A stretch of DNA of 64,000 bases from Octopus sinensis (Eukaryota): contig NC_043005.1 of NCBI RefSeq assembly GCF_006345805.1, positions 10,478,001 through 10,542,000 of the forward strand, written 5' to 3'. The notes under the pieces were generated by a model. The model ran no database searches. It saw only the letters and a list, made by a program, of their open reading frames with translations, and had not been told where the DNA came from. The position numbers and the translations under genes are program-made. This document shows positions 25,691 through 38,787 of this stretch, piece after piece; position 1 is the first letter of the stretch; each line of letters opens with the position of its first letter.

Positions 25691-27362
25691 CATATTGGCT
25701 CTCTACATTTTGTGCTAATTAAAATGAAGAAACTGTGATTGAAATGCAGGGAAAAAATGGTCATAGAACATTATTTTTAATTGAGCATCTTAACTCTTTA
25801 TCTGTTTCTACGTTATTAACTTGAGAGTGACAAGAAGCTAAATTGAACCTATCACTTCTCTCAAATCTATGAAACTCATTAAGTATACAGTAATATATTT
25901 GTAAGCTTATGTTGAAAGTCACTCATGAACTTTTTGAAAATAAATCATCTCTTGCAAATTTAAATACAAGAATTCTCTTACATTACGTTTAACTCTACAT
26001 ACACACCTTATATGGCTTATCTTTAATATTTCTTACTTTCCACCCACTTTCATAACAAAATATATTCATCATAAAAGAGCTTTTACATGGTCACTCCACC
26101 TGCTAGAGATAACGGCCAAATTTTGCTCAAATCACACATTATCATCTTCAAAAAAAGAAAGATAAATTAGAAACTATAGTTTTAATGAACAGAGAGCATG
26201 TATAGCTGGAAGGTTTTAATCAGAAGTTGACTCCAAAATGGCTAAATAACAACAACAGTCTTATTATAATAATCACTAAAGAGTGACATTTTAAAATCCT
26301 ATTCTAACATTTTGGATGGTTTTTATTCATGTGTGTGTGTGTATTGCATTCGCATTGATTTGCTTTTGCGATGTCCACCTCTCATGCAAGAAGAATAGCA
26401 ACAGAAAACTGCATAGTAGTAGTAGCATCATCTACAGTAAAGTAAGCAGTTGTTCTGACAATTTGGCTATCACATTAATGGATAGTAAAACAATCCAAAT
26501 ATGCCAAAATATTGTTATGCTGTATATAGATTGAGTGACAATGTGAGTCATCCAGATTTTCATTTTTGTCTTCCGACAGTTCTTCACCACTATGGTTATA
26601 TGAGAAAATGAGAAGAAAAAGCAAAAGAAGGTCATTGAATGTAATTAAAACAGTTTAGATCGATAATATGGGTAGAATTTAAATAAACAATTGTCTTGAA
26701 ATATAGAGCATTTCTGCTTATTTCAAATACATTATAAAGAGAAAGAAAGAAAGAGAGAGAGAGGGAGAGGGAGAGAGACAAACAGATAGACAGAGACAGT
26801 GATAGAAAGAAGGAGGATGGTAAATTTTTTAAACCAGTCCAGACTATGTTTTGGATTTTAGTTCCTTAGAAAGTATTGTTCGTTTCAACAAGTTTTAATT
26901 GTTTACTCATTATGAGGTAGATAGTTTTAAAGGACTATTTAGTAGAGAGGAATAAGACTAGAGGATCTAGTTTGTGTCTGTCTTTCTCTTGGTTCCAATT
27001 TCCATGCCATGTGCTCTTAATTCCTTGATGGAATTGTAAGAGTGCCATCATAACATATGACATGTCTTGGATATTTTAGATGTGGCAAATCCCATCCTTC
27101 TCCATTTTTAACCACAGTCAATTTCTCCTAGGAGAGAAAGAAATAGTAAGATTAACAGAAAGTGAAGAACTGATACTGTTATAAAACAGTATCTGACCCC
27201 AAAAGGATGAGAGGCAAAGCTTGTTTTGGTGGGATTTGAACTTAGGGTGTTGAGAGTCAAAACAATTACTGCAAAGCAATCTATCTGACACTCCAGTAAC
27301 TGTGAATTGGCTACATAGGTTCTTGTATCCCTTGGTAACTAAATACAAGAAAAAGAAGAAGC

Positions 27363-27365
<3 letters not shown>

Positions 27366-27439
<74 letters not shown>

Positions 27440-27465
27440 CAGCAGCAGCAGCAGCAGCAGCAGCA
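27366..27465. repeat. (GTA)n to (GCA)n compound trinucleotide microsatellite
   Basis: Long pure GTA run switching to GCA. Confidence 0.95.
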
Positions 27466-27798
27466 TCTTAATTCTAAAACAGACTTATTCATGGAATCTA
27501 TGATTGAAGACTTTCTAGTCATAACAAACTTCTTTTTTTTTTTTAATTTTAGTATTGTGTATCTAGGATTATGTTAATGGTTAGCAATGAGAAACCTGTA
27601 ATTGGTTGGCTGGCTGTTTGTGTGAAGCATCTATGTTATGAGTGATGCTGCTTCAAAGTAGAGTTATTATCACCAATGAACCCAGTAAAGCACTCTGTTT
27701 ATAGTTTGGCACCTTGAGAATTTCTACTTTCAGACTATTTCTCTTCATTCTCAAAAGTATCCTGTACAGGGATCCCTGTATATTATTATGTCAGGGTA

Positions 27799-28208
27799 TA
27801 CTCTTTAACTCTTTTACTTGTTTCAGTCATTTGACAGCGGCCATGCTGGAGCACTGCCTTTAATCGAGCAAACTCGACCCCGGGACTTATTCTTTTGTAA
27901 GCCCAGTACTTATTCTATCGGTCTCTTTTTGCCGAACCGCTAAGTAACTGGGACATAAACACACCAGCATCAGTTGTCAAGCAATGCTCGGGGAACAAAC
28001 ACAGACACACAAACACACACACACTTATATATATATACATATATATGACAGGCTTCTTTCAGTTTCCGTCTACCAAATCCACTCACAAGGCATTGGTTGG
28101 CCCGGGGCTATAGCAGAAGACACTTGTCCAAGATGCCACGCAGTGGGACTGAACCCGGAACCATGTGGTTGGTTAGCAAGCTACTTACCACACAGCCACT
28201 CCTGCGCC
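27799..28208 (-). mobile_element. SINE family A, full length
   Basis: Reverse complement of the consensus. Confidence 0.9.
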
Positions 28209-28877
28209 TGTATATCAAAGAATTATTTTTAAAAATAGTCTGAAACTTGAAGGTATGACCCGAATGTTAATATTACTAATAATCAAAGGGAAATGTGTCT
28301 CAGACAAAATTCCTAACAGGGAGTTTCCTTTTGTTGAATCAACTAAGTTCTTAGGCTCATTAAATGACTGAATATTCCACCAGTACTTAATGTAGTCCCT
28401 AAGCAAATTTAGTGTGACAAGGCTAGACCTTTTGATTTACAGGTTACTGTAAAAGATGCCCTCCCAATATGTTACAGAGTTGGAGTGAATGTCAACCTTG
28501 TGACTAAAAAACAAGCTTCTTAATTATCCAACCATCCTGTTTATAATTACTGTCATTACCATTTTCTTCATGTTGTCTTGGTTTGGATGAGTGCAGCAGT
28601 TCTGTGTCATCTTTTCCTGTGAGAACCAGCATCCTTAGAACTCATGTCTTTCTTGATCTTCCTTTTTTCGGGGATTCTTTGCACTCTGAGCATGCAGCAA
28701 TTGTTTATGTAGATATTATAGTCCATTTACAATACATGTCTATACAAGTGCAATCATCTCTGCTTGACTAATGTCTTTAATTTCTTTTTGCTAGCTCACT
28801 TGTACAGTAACTTATGTATTACACATCTAACACACCATTCAGTTTTAAGCTGTACACATATTCCACATTTATGTAGA

Positions 28878-29278
28878 TACTAGCAGTATCACCCGGCGTT
28901 GCTCGGGTTTGTAAGGGAAATAACTATATAAGCATTTTTAGAGATGTAAAGTATAATAGCCATCTCAATATGGCTAACCACAAAGCGGGTGGGTGTTACT
29001 GTAGCTTTTTACGTTCTGAGATTTAATAATAATTTTTTAGAGAGTTACTTCCCTTATATATGCCGAAAATGCATTAAAAATGGGAAAAATTGATGGTAAA
29101 TTTTTTTTTAAATCGTAGACTCATCGTAGACGTGTGCTAATACCCAGAAGGGCTCGATATGAATCACGACTATAAGATACCCGGTTTTGGTTAAACTGCA
29201 CCGCAAAATGTGGGAGTAGTTAGGAATCTAAATCGTAGGAGACAGACAGCACACAACCTCACTTTTATATATAAAGAT
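28878..29278 (+). mobile_element. Non-autonomous Helitron/Helentron-like element (Lep1/HINE-like ends)
   Basis: 5' tactagcagtatcacccggcgttgctcggg (short hairpin) and 3' cttttatatataaagat terminus, no TSD. GC content differs from the flanks. Confidence 0.65.
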
Positions 29279-30437
29279 ATGTGTATGTATATACATATGC
29301 ACATGCTGATACATTCTTTTGTTTTGTTCTTCTGCTGGTATTAGTTGTTGGATGGACTATGGCCATGTTGGGGCACCATGTTTAATGGTATAGTTGTCTG
29401 TATCAACCCCAGTACTTGCAGATGGGAACATTTTTTTATAGATCTTGTTTTCATCTTCCATCATATTTCTGTTCACATCTAGCCTGTATTATCAAAATGT
29501 AAGTTATTCCAGTACTTGACTGGTATTTTCGGTCTTACCCCTGGAAGGATGGGAAGCAGAAATTGACCTTTGTGAGGTTTGAACTCAGTGACTATCCAAA
29601 TAAATACAACGTATTTTGCTTAGTACTCTATCTCATCTATCACACACACAAACACACACACATGCATGCACATGTGTGTGTGTGCACACACACATATGCA
29701 CATGTGTGTGCATGCACACACAAACACAGATATATGTTAATTTCAATTATCTTTTTATAACCTTGATTATACTTGAATGTGTTTTGTGAATAGGTCTAAA
29801 TTACAACCTTGTGTTTGGTCAATATAATGATTTTATTGGAATTTGAATATTAATTTCAAATAATCTGAGTAAATAAATATGAAATAAATCCTTAAAGTAC
29901 CTACCCACTGTGAGATCAACATTATATCAATATCAGTGTTTAGACTTTTATATTTACTTGATGATTCATTTATCACTGTTTTGGTAACTAAGGTGAAGAA
30001 AGGCTATCTTCAACAAGGTGATTAAAATAAGGCCAAAACAAAATATTTATCAGGATAATGAAAATAATGTTATCCAATCATTCATTCATTCTTTATCATC
30101 ATCATTGTCATTACCATCATCCTTATCATTTTTCAGTCTTTTCCTTATTTTTCCATGCTTGCAATGGTTGAACGGGTCTCCCAGCATTGTGACATTCATT
30201 GGAAACAATCAATCTTCTTTTTTTCCTATTTTTTTTTTGTGTGGTTTCTAAGGCTGGATGCTTTCTATCACCAACTATTTTATAAAATGGACTAATTTAA
30301 TGTTTTTCTGTGTATGTTCAGACTCACCAATTTACCTACTGTTTTCCATAAAGTTCTATTTTCCTTCTGCCATAACCATCAATCTTTTATCTTTTACTGA
30401 TTCAGTCAACATTACCTTTAGCAAATAGAGTGAAAGC

Positions 30438-30847
30438 TACTTTACTCTTTTACTTGTTTCAGTCATTTGACTGCAGCCATGCTGGAGCACTGCCTTTAGT
30501 CAAGCAAATCAACCCCAGGACTTATTCTTTCTAAGCCTAGTACTTATTCTATCAGCTCTTTTGCCAAATTGCTAAGTTACAGGGATGTAAGCACACCAGT
30601 ATCGGTTGTCAAGCGATGTTGGGAGGGACAAACACAAACACACAAACATATACACACACACATACACATACATATATATACATATATACGACAGGCTTCT
30701 TTCAGTTTCTGTCTACCAAATCCACTCACTAGGCTTTGGTCAGCCCAAGGCTATAGTAGAAGTTACTTGCCCAAGGTGCCATACAGTGGGACTGAACCTG
30801 GAACCATGTGGTTGATAAGCAAGCTACTTTCCACACAGCCGTTCCTG
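30438..30847 (-). mobile_element. SINE family A, diverged full length
   Basis: Reverse complement of the consensus. Confidence 0.85.
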
Positions 30848-31297
30848 CTGAAGAGGTCAGAATAAAATTGAATCATATCCTGAATTGTTTATCATAATTG
30901 CTGGCAAAATATCATATGACTGACTTTGTATTCCCCCATTCCACAATATTTTTATTTAGCTAACTTTTTAATACTTCATGTGTATGCTAAGTGAATTTGG
31001 TACATGAAAACTGAATGGATCCCATATAGTATGAACATATATGTACGTGCGCGAGCGTGTATGTGTGAGCATTTGTGTGTACCATTGCCTTCAAATCACA
31101 TGATGATTGTAAATGAGCATCACCATCATAGAAATGATATTGCTTTTTCCAGTCTTTCACAGAGAAGTATTATTTTGTTTGGAAACAGGCAATGGTTGGC
31201 AACAGGAAGAGCATCCAGTCAAAGAAAATCTATCTCAGCAAATTCTGTCTGAACATACAAGCATGGAAAATGGATGTTAAAATGATAATGATGATAT

Positions 31298-31627
31298 ATC
31301 ATCATCATCATCCTCATCGTTTAGCGTCCGCTTTCCATGCTAGCATGGGTTGGACGGTTCAACTGGGGTCTGGGAAGCCAGAAGGCTGCACCAGGCTCAG
31401 TTTGATCTGGCAATGTTTCTACGGCTGGATGCCCTTCCTAATGCCAACCACTCCATGAGTGTAGTGGATGCTTTTTACGTGCCACCAGCACAGGTACCAG
31501 ACGAGTCTGGCAAACAGCCACGATCGAATGGTGCTTTTTATGTGCCACCAGCACGGGGGCCAGGCGAGGCTGGCAGCAGCCACGAACGGATGGTGCTTTT
31601 TACGTGCCACCGGCACGGGGGCCAGGC
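31298..31627 (-). mobile_element. RTE 3' end, 5'-truncated
   Basis: (CAT)n-cgtttagcgtccgctttccatgctagc..ggatgcccttcct plus internal tandem units. Confidence 0.9.
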
Positions 31628-32660
31628 AATTATATATAATGTGTATGTGTGTGTGTGGTGTGTATGTCTATTTGTATGAATGTATGTGTTATGTTGAGTG
31701 CACTCAAATTACCTTGATCAGTCACCTCTATACTTCCCTGCTGTCTAGCACCTGCTGCATAAATGTTTTAAAAGTTCTGCATTTCCTTCTTTTACCATGT
31801 TCTGTTCCTCATAGTAATAGCTGATGTTTCGCTTTGTTGTTTCTTGCAACCAGTGTCCCACAAACTATATATATACATATATCAATTAGGTTTGAGCTCA
31901 CTGTCACCTTTAAAATATATTTAAAGTTCAGGAAATACCCAGCCCTCTGAAAAGCTAAAATTCTTTTGTATATTGAAAAGTACTGCAGTAACTGTAACTC
32001 TATCAGTCTATCAAATATTCTCATAGCCCACTGACATTGAAGTTTTTGATATTTATAATTCAAAGGGTAGATGAATAGCAAAAACAATTGACAGTTGGAT
32101 TAAATACCTCACCATATTTAGATTTTTCCTCCGAAATCCAAGGTTCAGAACTTCAGAAATAGCTTTGCTATGAGTTTCAAGATTTTCTACAATTTTGATC
32201 TGTGTCCAAGCAATTGCATATAAGTTATCTTGTCTCAGTCTTTTGGTTGACAAGTGTGTCACATTTTGTTTTTGCTTTTTTTTAAATCAATACATCGAAG
32301 CTACAATTGGAAAAATAGATACAAAATAGTGAAAAGATACAAAGATCTAAGGTATATTGTGTATCTGAATGAATTTGAAGGTTTATTAAAATAATGAATA
32401 AAGAACATTTTTCATTTAACTCTCACCTTGGTTCGATACTTCTTTCTCACTTGTTGTAATGTTTGTTTTGCTATAAGCCATCAAAAGGGTTCCTATATCA
32501 TTGCATGATCTGTTAGAAATAGCAACTAAGTTTCCCACAAATCATACTATCATCAAAAAGGAAATGCATATTTGATATGTATCCCTAGATACTCGATGTC
32601 AATGATAGAGCTTCTATGCAGTCTTTCAACCTAGAAAAGTGATCAAATTTTACTCAAATA

Positions 32661-33060
32661 GGCACAGGAGTGGCTGTGTGGTAAGTAGCTTGCTAACCAA
32701 CCACATGGTTCCGGGTTCAGTCCCACTGCGTGGCATCTTGGGCAAGTGTCTTCTGCTATAGCCCTGGGCCGACCAATGCCTTGTGAGTGGATTTGGTAGA
32801 CGGAAGCTGAAAGAAGCCTGTCGTATATATGTGTATATATATATGTATATATGTGTGTGTGTGTTTGTCCCCCTAGCATTGCTTGACAACCGATGCTGGT
32901 GTGTTTACGTCCCGTCACTTAGCGGTTCGGCAAAAGAGACCGATAGAATAAGTACTGGGCTTACAAAGAATAAGGCCCGGGGTCGACAGCTCGACTAAAG
33001 GTGGTGCTCCAGCATGGCCGCAGTCAAATGACTGAAACAAGTACAAGAGTAAAAGAGTAA
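32661..33060 (+). mobile_element. SINE family A, full length
   Basis: Matches the consensus. Confidence 0.9.
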
Positions 33061-33597
33061 ATAATGTGCCAAAGACACATTGGTTATGTAGTCCTAGATA
33101 CAGTATTTCTATGATGCTTCTACTCAGTCACTCAACGTGCTAGAAATAGCAAATCTCCCCCTTTTGGTTTAAATGAAGAAGGGCACATTAGATAAGCATG
33201 ATATAACACACACACACATATACGTGCATGACATAAAACATGTATCCATATTTATAATCCATGTGTACACAAATGCACTTACACGTGCACACACACACAC
33301 ATTCGGCAAATTTAACACTTACAAAGAGCATTTCATCCATTATTTGGGGAGTTGTTAAAATAGAAGAAAATCATTCAGGTTATAGATGTCGCTGCTGGCT
33401 CTTAGGATGCTGACATTACAAACAACAAAGTAAGGTCTTTGTTGTTTTTGTTGTGACTGTTGGTTAGTTTCCAGTCAGCTTGATCAAAAGCATAACCACC
33501 TTGATTATGGATATTATCATTGTTGCTGATAATATCCACCAAACACACCACCTCAAAGATGATGTGATGATGGGCTTAGTTAATAATATCTTGTATC

Positions 33598-34000
33598 CGT
33601 GCAGGTGGCACATAAAAAGCACCATCCGATCGTGGCTGTTGCCAGCCTTGCCTGGCCCCCAGCACCGCCCCGACTGGCCTTCGTGCTGGTGGCATGTAAA
33701 AAGCATCATCCGATCGTGGCTGTTGCCAGCCTTGCCTGGCCCCCGTGCCGGCGGCACGTAAAAAGCACCATCCATTCATGGCGGTTTGCCAGCCCCGTCT
33801 GGCACCTGTGCGGGTGGCATGTAAAAGCACCCACTACACTCACGGAGTGGTTGGCGTTAGTAAGGGCATCCAGCCATAGAAACACTGCCAGATCGGACTG
33901 GGCCTGATGCAGCCTTCTGGCTTCCCAGACCCCAGTTGAACCGTCCAACCCATGCTAGCATGGAAAGCAGATGCTAAATGATGATGATGATGATGATGAT
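33598..34000 (+). mobile_element. RTE 3' end with internal tandem units and (GAT)n tail
   Basis: tggcacgtaaaaagcacc units, ccatgctagcatggaaagcagatgctaaatgatgatg end. Confidence 0.9.
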
Positions 34001-34313
34001 AATAGATTCAATTTGTTTGAATTTTACTAGATCATGTGTCCCTCCTAACTTTTTAGATATTTTAATACTTGCTATAATGGTATTACTCTAGTAAACCTCA
34101 GACATAATAACTAAATTGGTAAAGTGATGGGGGGGGGGGGACAGACGTGCATACAATACATAAAGACATACTAACAGATGTTGAGGTTGCACACAATAAT
34201 TAAACATAATAATTAAGTGAATATGTAAAATACAGATATAATTTTAACATGTATAATATAAAGGAAATAAAAAATAATATAGATGAGAAACTTACACCTG
34301 GGTCATATCAAAA

Positions 34314-34508
34314 ATGAGGTGAAGGATAGATTTGTGATATTGGCACAAGGCCATGAGGTGAAGGATAGATTTGTGATATTGGCACAAGGCCATGAGGTGA
34401 AGGATAGATTTGTGATATTGGCACAAGGCCATGAGGTGAAGGATAGATTTGTGATATTGGCACAAGGCCATGAGGTGAAGGATAGATTTGTGATATTGGC
34501 ACAAGGCC
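34314..34508. repeat. Minisatellite: 5 identical 39-bp units
   Basis: atgaggtgaaggatagatttgtgatattggcacaaggcc x5, no spacers. Confidence 0.95.
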
Positions 34509-35291
34509 ACAAATCTTGAAGAGGACAGAGAATAGCTGATTTAATCAATCGCAATAAATGGCTTGTACTTTTTTGTTTTGACCTTGGAAGCCATGCAATA
34601 CTAATGACTTGTATACGGTAATTATTTAAGCAATATAATTACTTCAGTATATCTTACTAATTAGTAAATTAGTAATTTATGTTGAAAATGGATAACACTC
34701 CTTAATAGGGAAGCCATTTAACAATTAGAAGAACATTAGTATAAAAATAAATGATTTCCACAATATGCAAAAAGTGCACATTTGCAATAATCATTCTATC
34801 AATGGCAGCATAGTTCTTAATTATCATTTTAAAAGACTGATTATCTCAATTGGTTAGAACATAGTGCTAATTACACAAGTTTGTGTGAGCCGTTTTAGAA
34901 TAGTTGGTTGCTAGAATTTGTAGGGTGACTAATTTGATACTTTGTAGTATTTTAAGTCTCTTTATGCTTTGACTTCAGTGTCTGCTAGAGTCAAATTTCA
35001 TACTTCTAGCTTGATAAACATCAAAAACAGAGCAAAGGTCCTTCCCAAGCAGTAGGTCCATAAGACCGGTTTTCCAGATTCTGTGGTGTATATATTCCAA
35101 CCCTGAACAGGACACCCATTTGTCACATGGTCACTGAGTGGAGTGGAGCAATGTAAAATGAAGTGTTTTGCTCAAGAATACAACACATTGCCTGGTCTGA
35201 GAATCAAAACCACAATCTTATGATCTTGAATGCAACACCTTAATCATTATGTCACATGCCTCCACATACTGGGGTTGATACAGTTGACTGT

Positions 35292-35692
35292 AAGGTGGCG
35301 AACTGGCAGAAACGTTAGCACACCGGGTGAAATGCTTAGCAGTATTTCGTCTTTCTTTACGTTCTGAGTTCAAATTCCGCTGAGGTCGACTTTGCCTTTC
35401 ATCCTTTCGGGGTCGATAAATTAAGTACCAGTTACGCACTGGAGTCGATATAATCGACTTAATCCGCTTGTCTGTCCTTGTTTGTCCCTTCTGTGTTTAG
35501 CCCCTTGTGGGTAGTGAAGAAATAGGTATTTCGTCTTACTTTACGTTCTGAGTTCAAATTCTGCTGAGGTCAACTTTGCCTTTTTATCCTTTCAGGGTCA
35601 ATAAATTAAGTACCAGTTGCGTACTGGGGTTGATCTAATCGACTGGCACCCTCACCCAAAATTTTGGGCCTTGTGTCTAGAGTAGAAAAGAT
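35292..35692 (+). mobile_element. SINE family E, dimeric form (full monomer + headless second unit with alternative tail)
   Basis: tRNA-like head aaggtggcgaactggcagaaacgttagc..gagttcaaattcc. The ctttcatcctttcggggtcgataaattaagtaccag core occurs twice (about 35390 and 35575). Confidence 0.8.
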
Positions 35693-35964
35693 ATAGTTGA
35701 CTGTAGTAGTAGACAAATTTGAGGCCTTCTGACTATGTAATACATTAATAATAATCATGTCAAAGTAAGTGGATGGCAGTAATAATAGTGTGATAGATGT
35801 TATACCTGTGGTATCCATTTACGTAGTGAGTTCAAATTCTTCTTTAGTTGTCTTGGCATTTTATTCTTATGGCCCAGATGAAATGGATGTACACTTTCCT
35901 CCAAGTGTGACATTATTCAAAATCAGTAATTAATGGTTCATAAAAAGATATTTAAGAATATATA

Positions 35965-36102
35965 TTTCTTTACTACCCACAAGGGGCTAAACACAGAGGG
36001 GACAAACAAGGACAGACAAAGCGATTAAGTCGATTCCATCAACTTCCAGTGCGTAACTGGTACTTAATTTATCGACCCCAAAAGGATGAAAGGCAAAGTC
36101 GA
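35965..36102 (-). mobile_element. SINE family E, truncated monomer
   Basis: Near-identical to 686-814. Confidence 0.8.
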
Positions 36103-36356
36103 ATATAGTTAAATTTATTGTCTGCTTATGCACACATGCACACGTTTGCACATACACTCACTCACTCTCTCTTTCATACACACACACCCACACAGACATA
36201 CACACACACACAGTATTTTGGAGTAGGATTAGAAAAGAAGCAAATGATGATTTGTGTTGACCAAAGTCTTACGTGAATACTGGTTAACATGGAATGGCTG
36301 TTGCAATTAGTGTTGATTAGAATATGTGCTGGGCAAAGTTCAACGAAGAGAATTCA

Positions 36357-36389
<33 letters not shown>

Positions 36390-36829
36390 CTGTGTGTGTA
36401 TTTATGTGTATACATGTATGTATTTTAATCTATTTATGCATATATATATATATATATGCATCTGTGTTATGTACACATATAAGTATACGTATATTTGCAT
36501 TTGAAAGTGTCAAAAAATGTCAAAATATCAGCTTGGAACAAAAGCTGTGTGACTCATGGCACGTACATGCAATTGCATATTGTCAGTGGGTGTAAATGTG
36601 TTGGGTGACCAAAATTGTTTGTTTTGCTGTCAAAGTTGGTGTGTGAATAAGTGCAGATCAGCACAAATCTTACTAGTGGTGTATAATATAGTTCAGATTG
36701 GCAGAGTGAGGGTATGGGTGCATTTAGGAACTTTTTTCTTCTTCATCCACTTTCTCTTCTTACATCACCTCTTCTTTCCTTAAGTTCTCTACTTACTTAC
36801 TCTCCTCTTTCTCTTACATATCACCTTTA

Positions 36830-37172
36830 TCTTCCTCCTCCTCTTCTTCTTCTTCCTCATCATCATCATCATCTTCATCATCATCATCATCATCATCATC
36901 TTCTTCTTCTTCTTGTCTTCTTCTTCTTCTTCTTCTTCTTCTTCGTCTTCTTCTTCTTTCTTCTTCTTCTTCTTCTTCTTCTCTTCTTGTCTTCTTCTTC
37001 CTCCTCCTCCTCCTCCTCCTCATCATCATCTTCTTCTTCTTCTTCTTCTTCTTCTTCTTCACGTCTTATTCTTCTTGTCTTCCTCTTCTTCTTCTTCTTC
37101 TTCTTCTTCTTCTTCTTCTTCTCATTCTTCTTCTTCTTCTCATTCTTCTTCTTCTTCTCATTCTTCAACAAC
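36830..37172. repeat. Compound (CTT)n/(CAT)n/(CCT)n polypyrimidine tract
   Basis: About 340 bp of trinucleotide repeats. Source of the poly-S/F/K/E/R ORFs. Confidence 0.95.
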
Positions 37173-37557
37173 AAACACACCCCTATGACAGCTCTTTCAT
37201 ACAGGTATTAGTCTGGCATATCTGTAATGTGAAATTTTCTCCATTGTAATCTTCTCCATCATCTCCCCTCTCTGCTGACTTTAATGATTTCTTCTTTACC
37301 CAACCATTCTTTGATCTACCTTTACAGAAATAACCTGCTTGTTCAGCGCCAATCACTCATTCCTGTTACGTATCCTATACCAGCATCGATGTATCTCTTA
37401 TTTACATTGGTCAAAGTCTTTCACATATCCAGCTGCACTTTTAACAGCCTTTCATCTAAGTTAATAGTCCACATCAAAAAAAGACCATTGCTTCTTCTGT
37501 AGCTACAACGGCAACCTCTGCTATTCTGAATTAGATAATTATGTACCTTCCACCCAA

Positions 37558-37903
37558 GCAGTCGTAGGATCGCGATTTCGATTCCCAGACCAGGCGTTGT
37601 GAGTGTTTATTGAGCGAAAACACCTAAAAGCTCCACGAGGCTCCAGCAGGGGATGGTGGTGATCCCTGCTGTACTCTTTCACCACAACTTTCTCTCACTC
37701 TAACTTCCTGTTTCTGTTGTACCTGTATTTCAAAGGGCCGGCCTTGTCACTCTCTGTGTCACGCTGAATATCCCCGAGAACTAGGTTAAGGGTACACGTG
37801 TCTGTGGAGTGCTCAGCCACTTACACGTTAATTTCACGAGCAGGCTGTTCCGTTGATCGGATCAACCGGAACCCTCGTTGTCGTAACCGACGGAGTGCTT
37901 CCA
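37558..37903 (+). mobile_element. SINE family C, 5'-truncated
   Basis: Aligns with 14678-15066 from the middle of the tRNA head onward. Confidence 0.9.
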
Positions 37904-38090
37904 CTATAACCACCCATTCTTTCTCCTCTTCCCATTGCTCCAACTGGATCCCACATTTCTGACCCTGTGCTCACCAAGTTTGTCATTCTCGGAATTGCAA
38001 ATGTCTAGAATTCTCACTCTGCTCGTAAAATGTTTTTTTTCAATTGTTGATCTACAGATGTTTAAGATGTTTTTGAATTACTGTATAGAT

Positions 38091-38252
38091 ACAGGAGTGG
38101 CTGTGTGGTAAGTAGCTTGCTTACCAACCACATGGTTCTGTGTTCAGTCCCACTGTGTGGAACCTTGGGCACGTGTCTTCTGCTATAGCCCCGGGCTGAC
38201 CAATGCCTTGTGAGTGGATTTGGTAGACGAAAACTGAAAGAAGCCCGTCGTA

Positions 38253-38285
<33 letters not shown>

Positions 38286-38503
38286 GTGCGTGTGTGTGTT
38301 TGTCCCCCTAGCATTGCTTGACAACCGATGCTGGTGTGTTTATGTCCCCGTTACTTAGCGGTTCGGCAAAAGAGACCAATGGAATAAGTACTGGGCTTAC
38401 AAAAAAGAATAAGTCCCGGGGTCAAGTTGCTCGATTAAAGGCGGTGCTCCAGCATGGCCGCAGTCAAATGACTGAAACAAGTAAAAGAGTAAAGAGTAAA
38501 GAG
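38091..38503 (+). mobile_element. SINE family A, full length
   Basis: Matches the consensus. Confidence 0.9.
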
Positions 38504-38604
38504 ATATATATTCCAGCCATCATTGGCCAAAAGATGTATAATTATCATATCAAACATATTTAGCTTAGATAACAGTCACAATCACATTTACACTGGCTCA
38601 CATA

Positions 38605-38787
38605 TACTCTCTTTACTCTTTTACTCTTTTACTTGTTTCAGTCATTTGACTGCGGCCATGCTGGAGCACCGCCTTCAGTCGAGCACATCGACCCCGGGAC
38701 TTATTCTTTTGTAAGCCCAGTACTTATTCTATCGGTCTCTTTTGCTGAACCGCTAAGTTACGGGGACGTAAACACACCAGCATCGGT
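38605..38787 (-). mobile_element. SINE family A, 3' half only
   Basis: Reverse complement of the tail half. Confidence 0.85.

Noticed and set aside
34283-34554. 39-bp repeat as a CRISPR array or repeat-protein exon
   Set aside because: Head-to-tail units with no spacers, no cas genes and a eukaryotic context. Open frames follow from the unit length being a multiple of 3.
36714-37211. Long poly-S/F/K/E/R ORFs
   Set aside because: Trinucleotide repeat translations.
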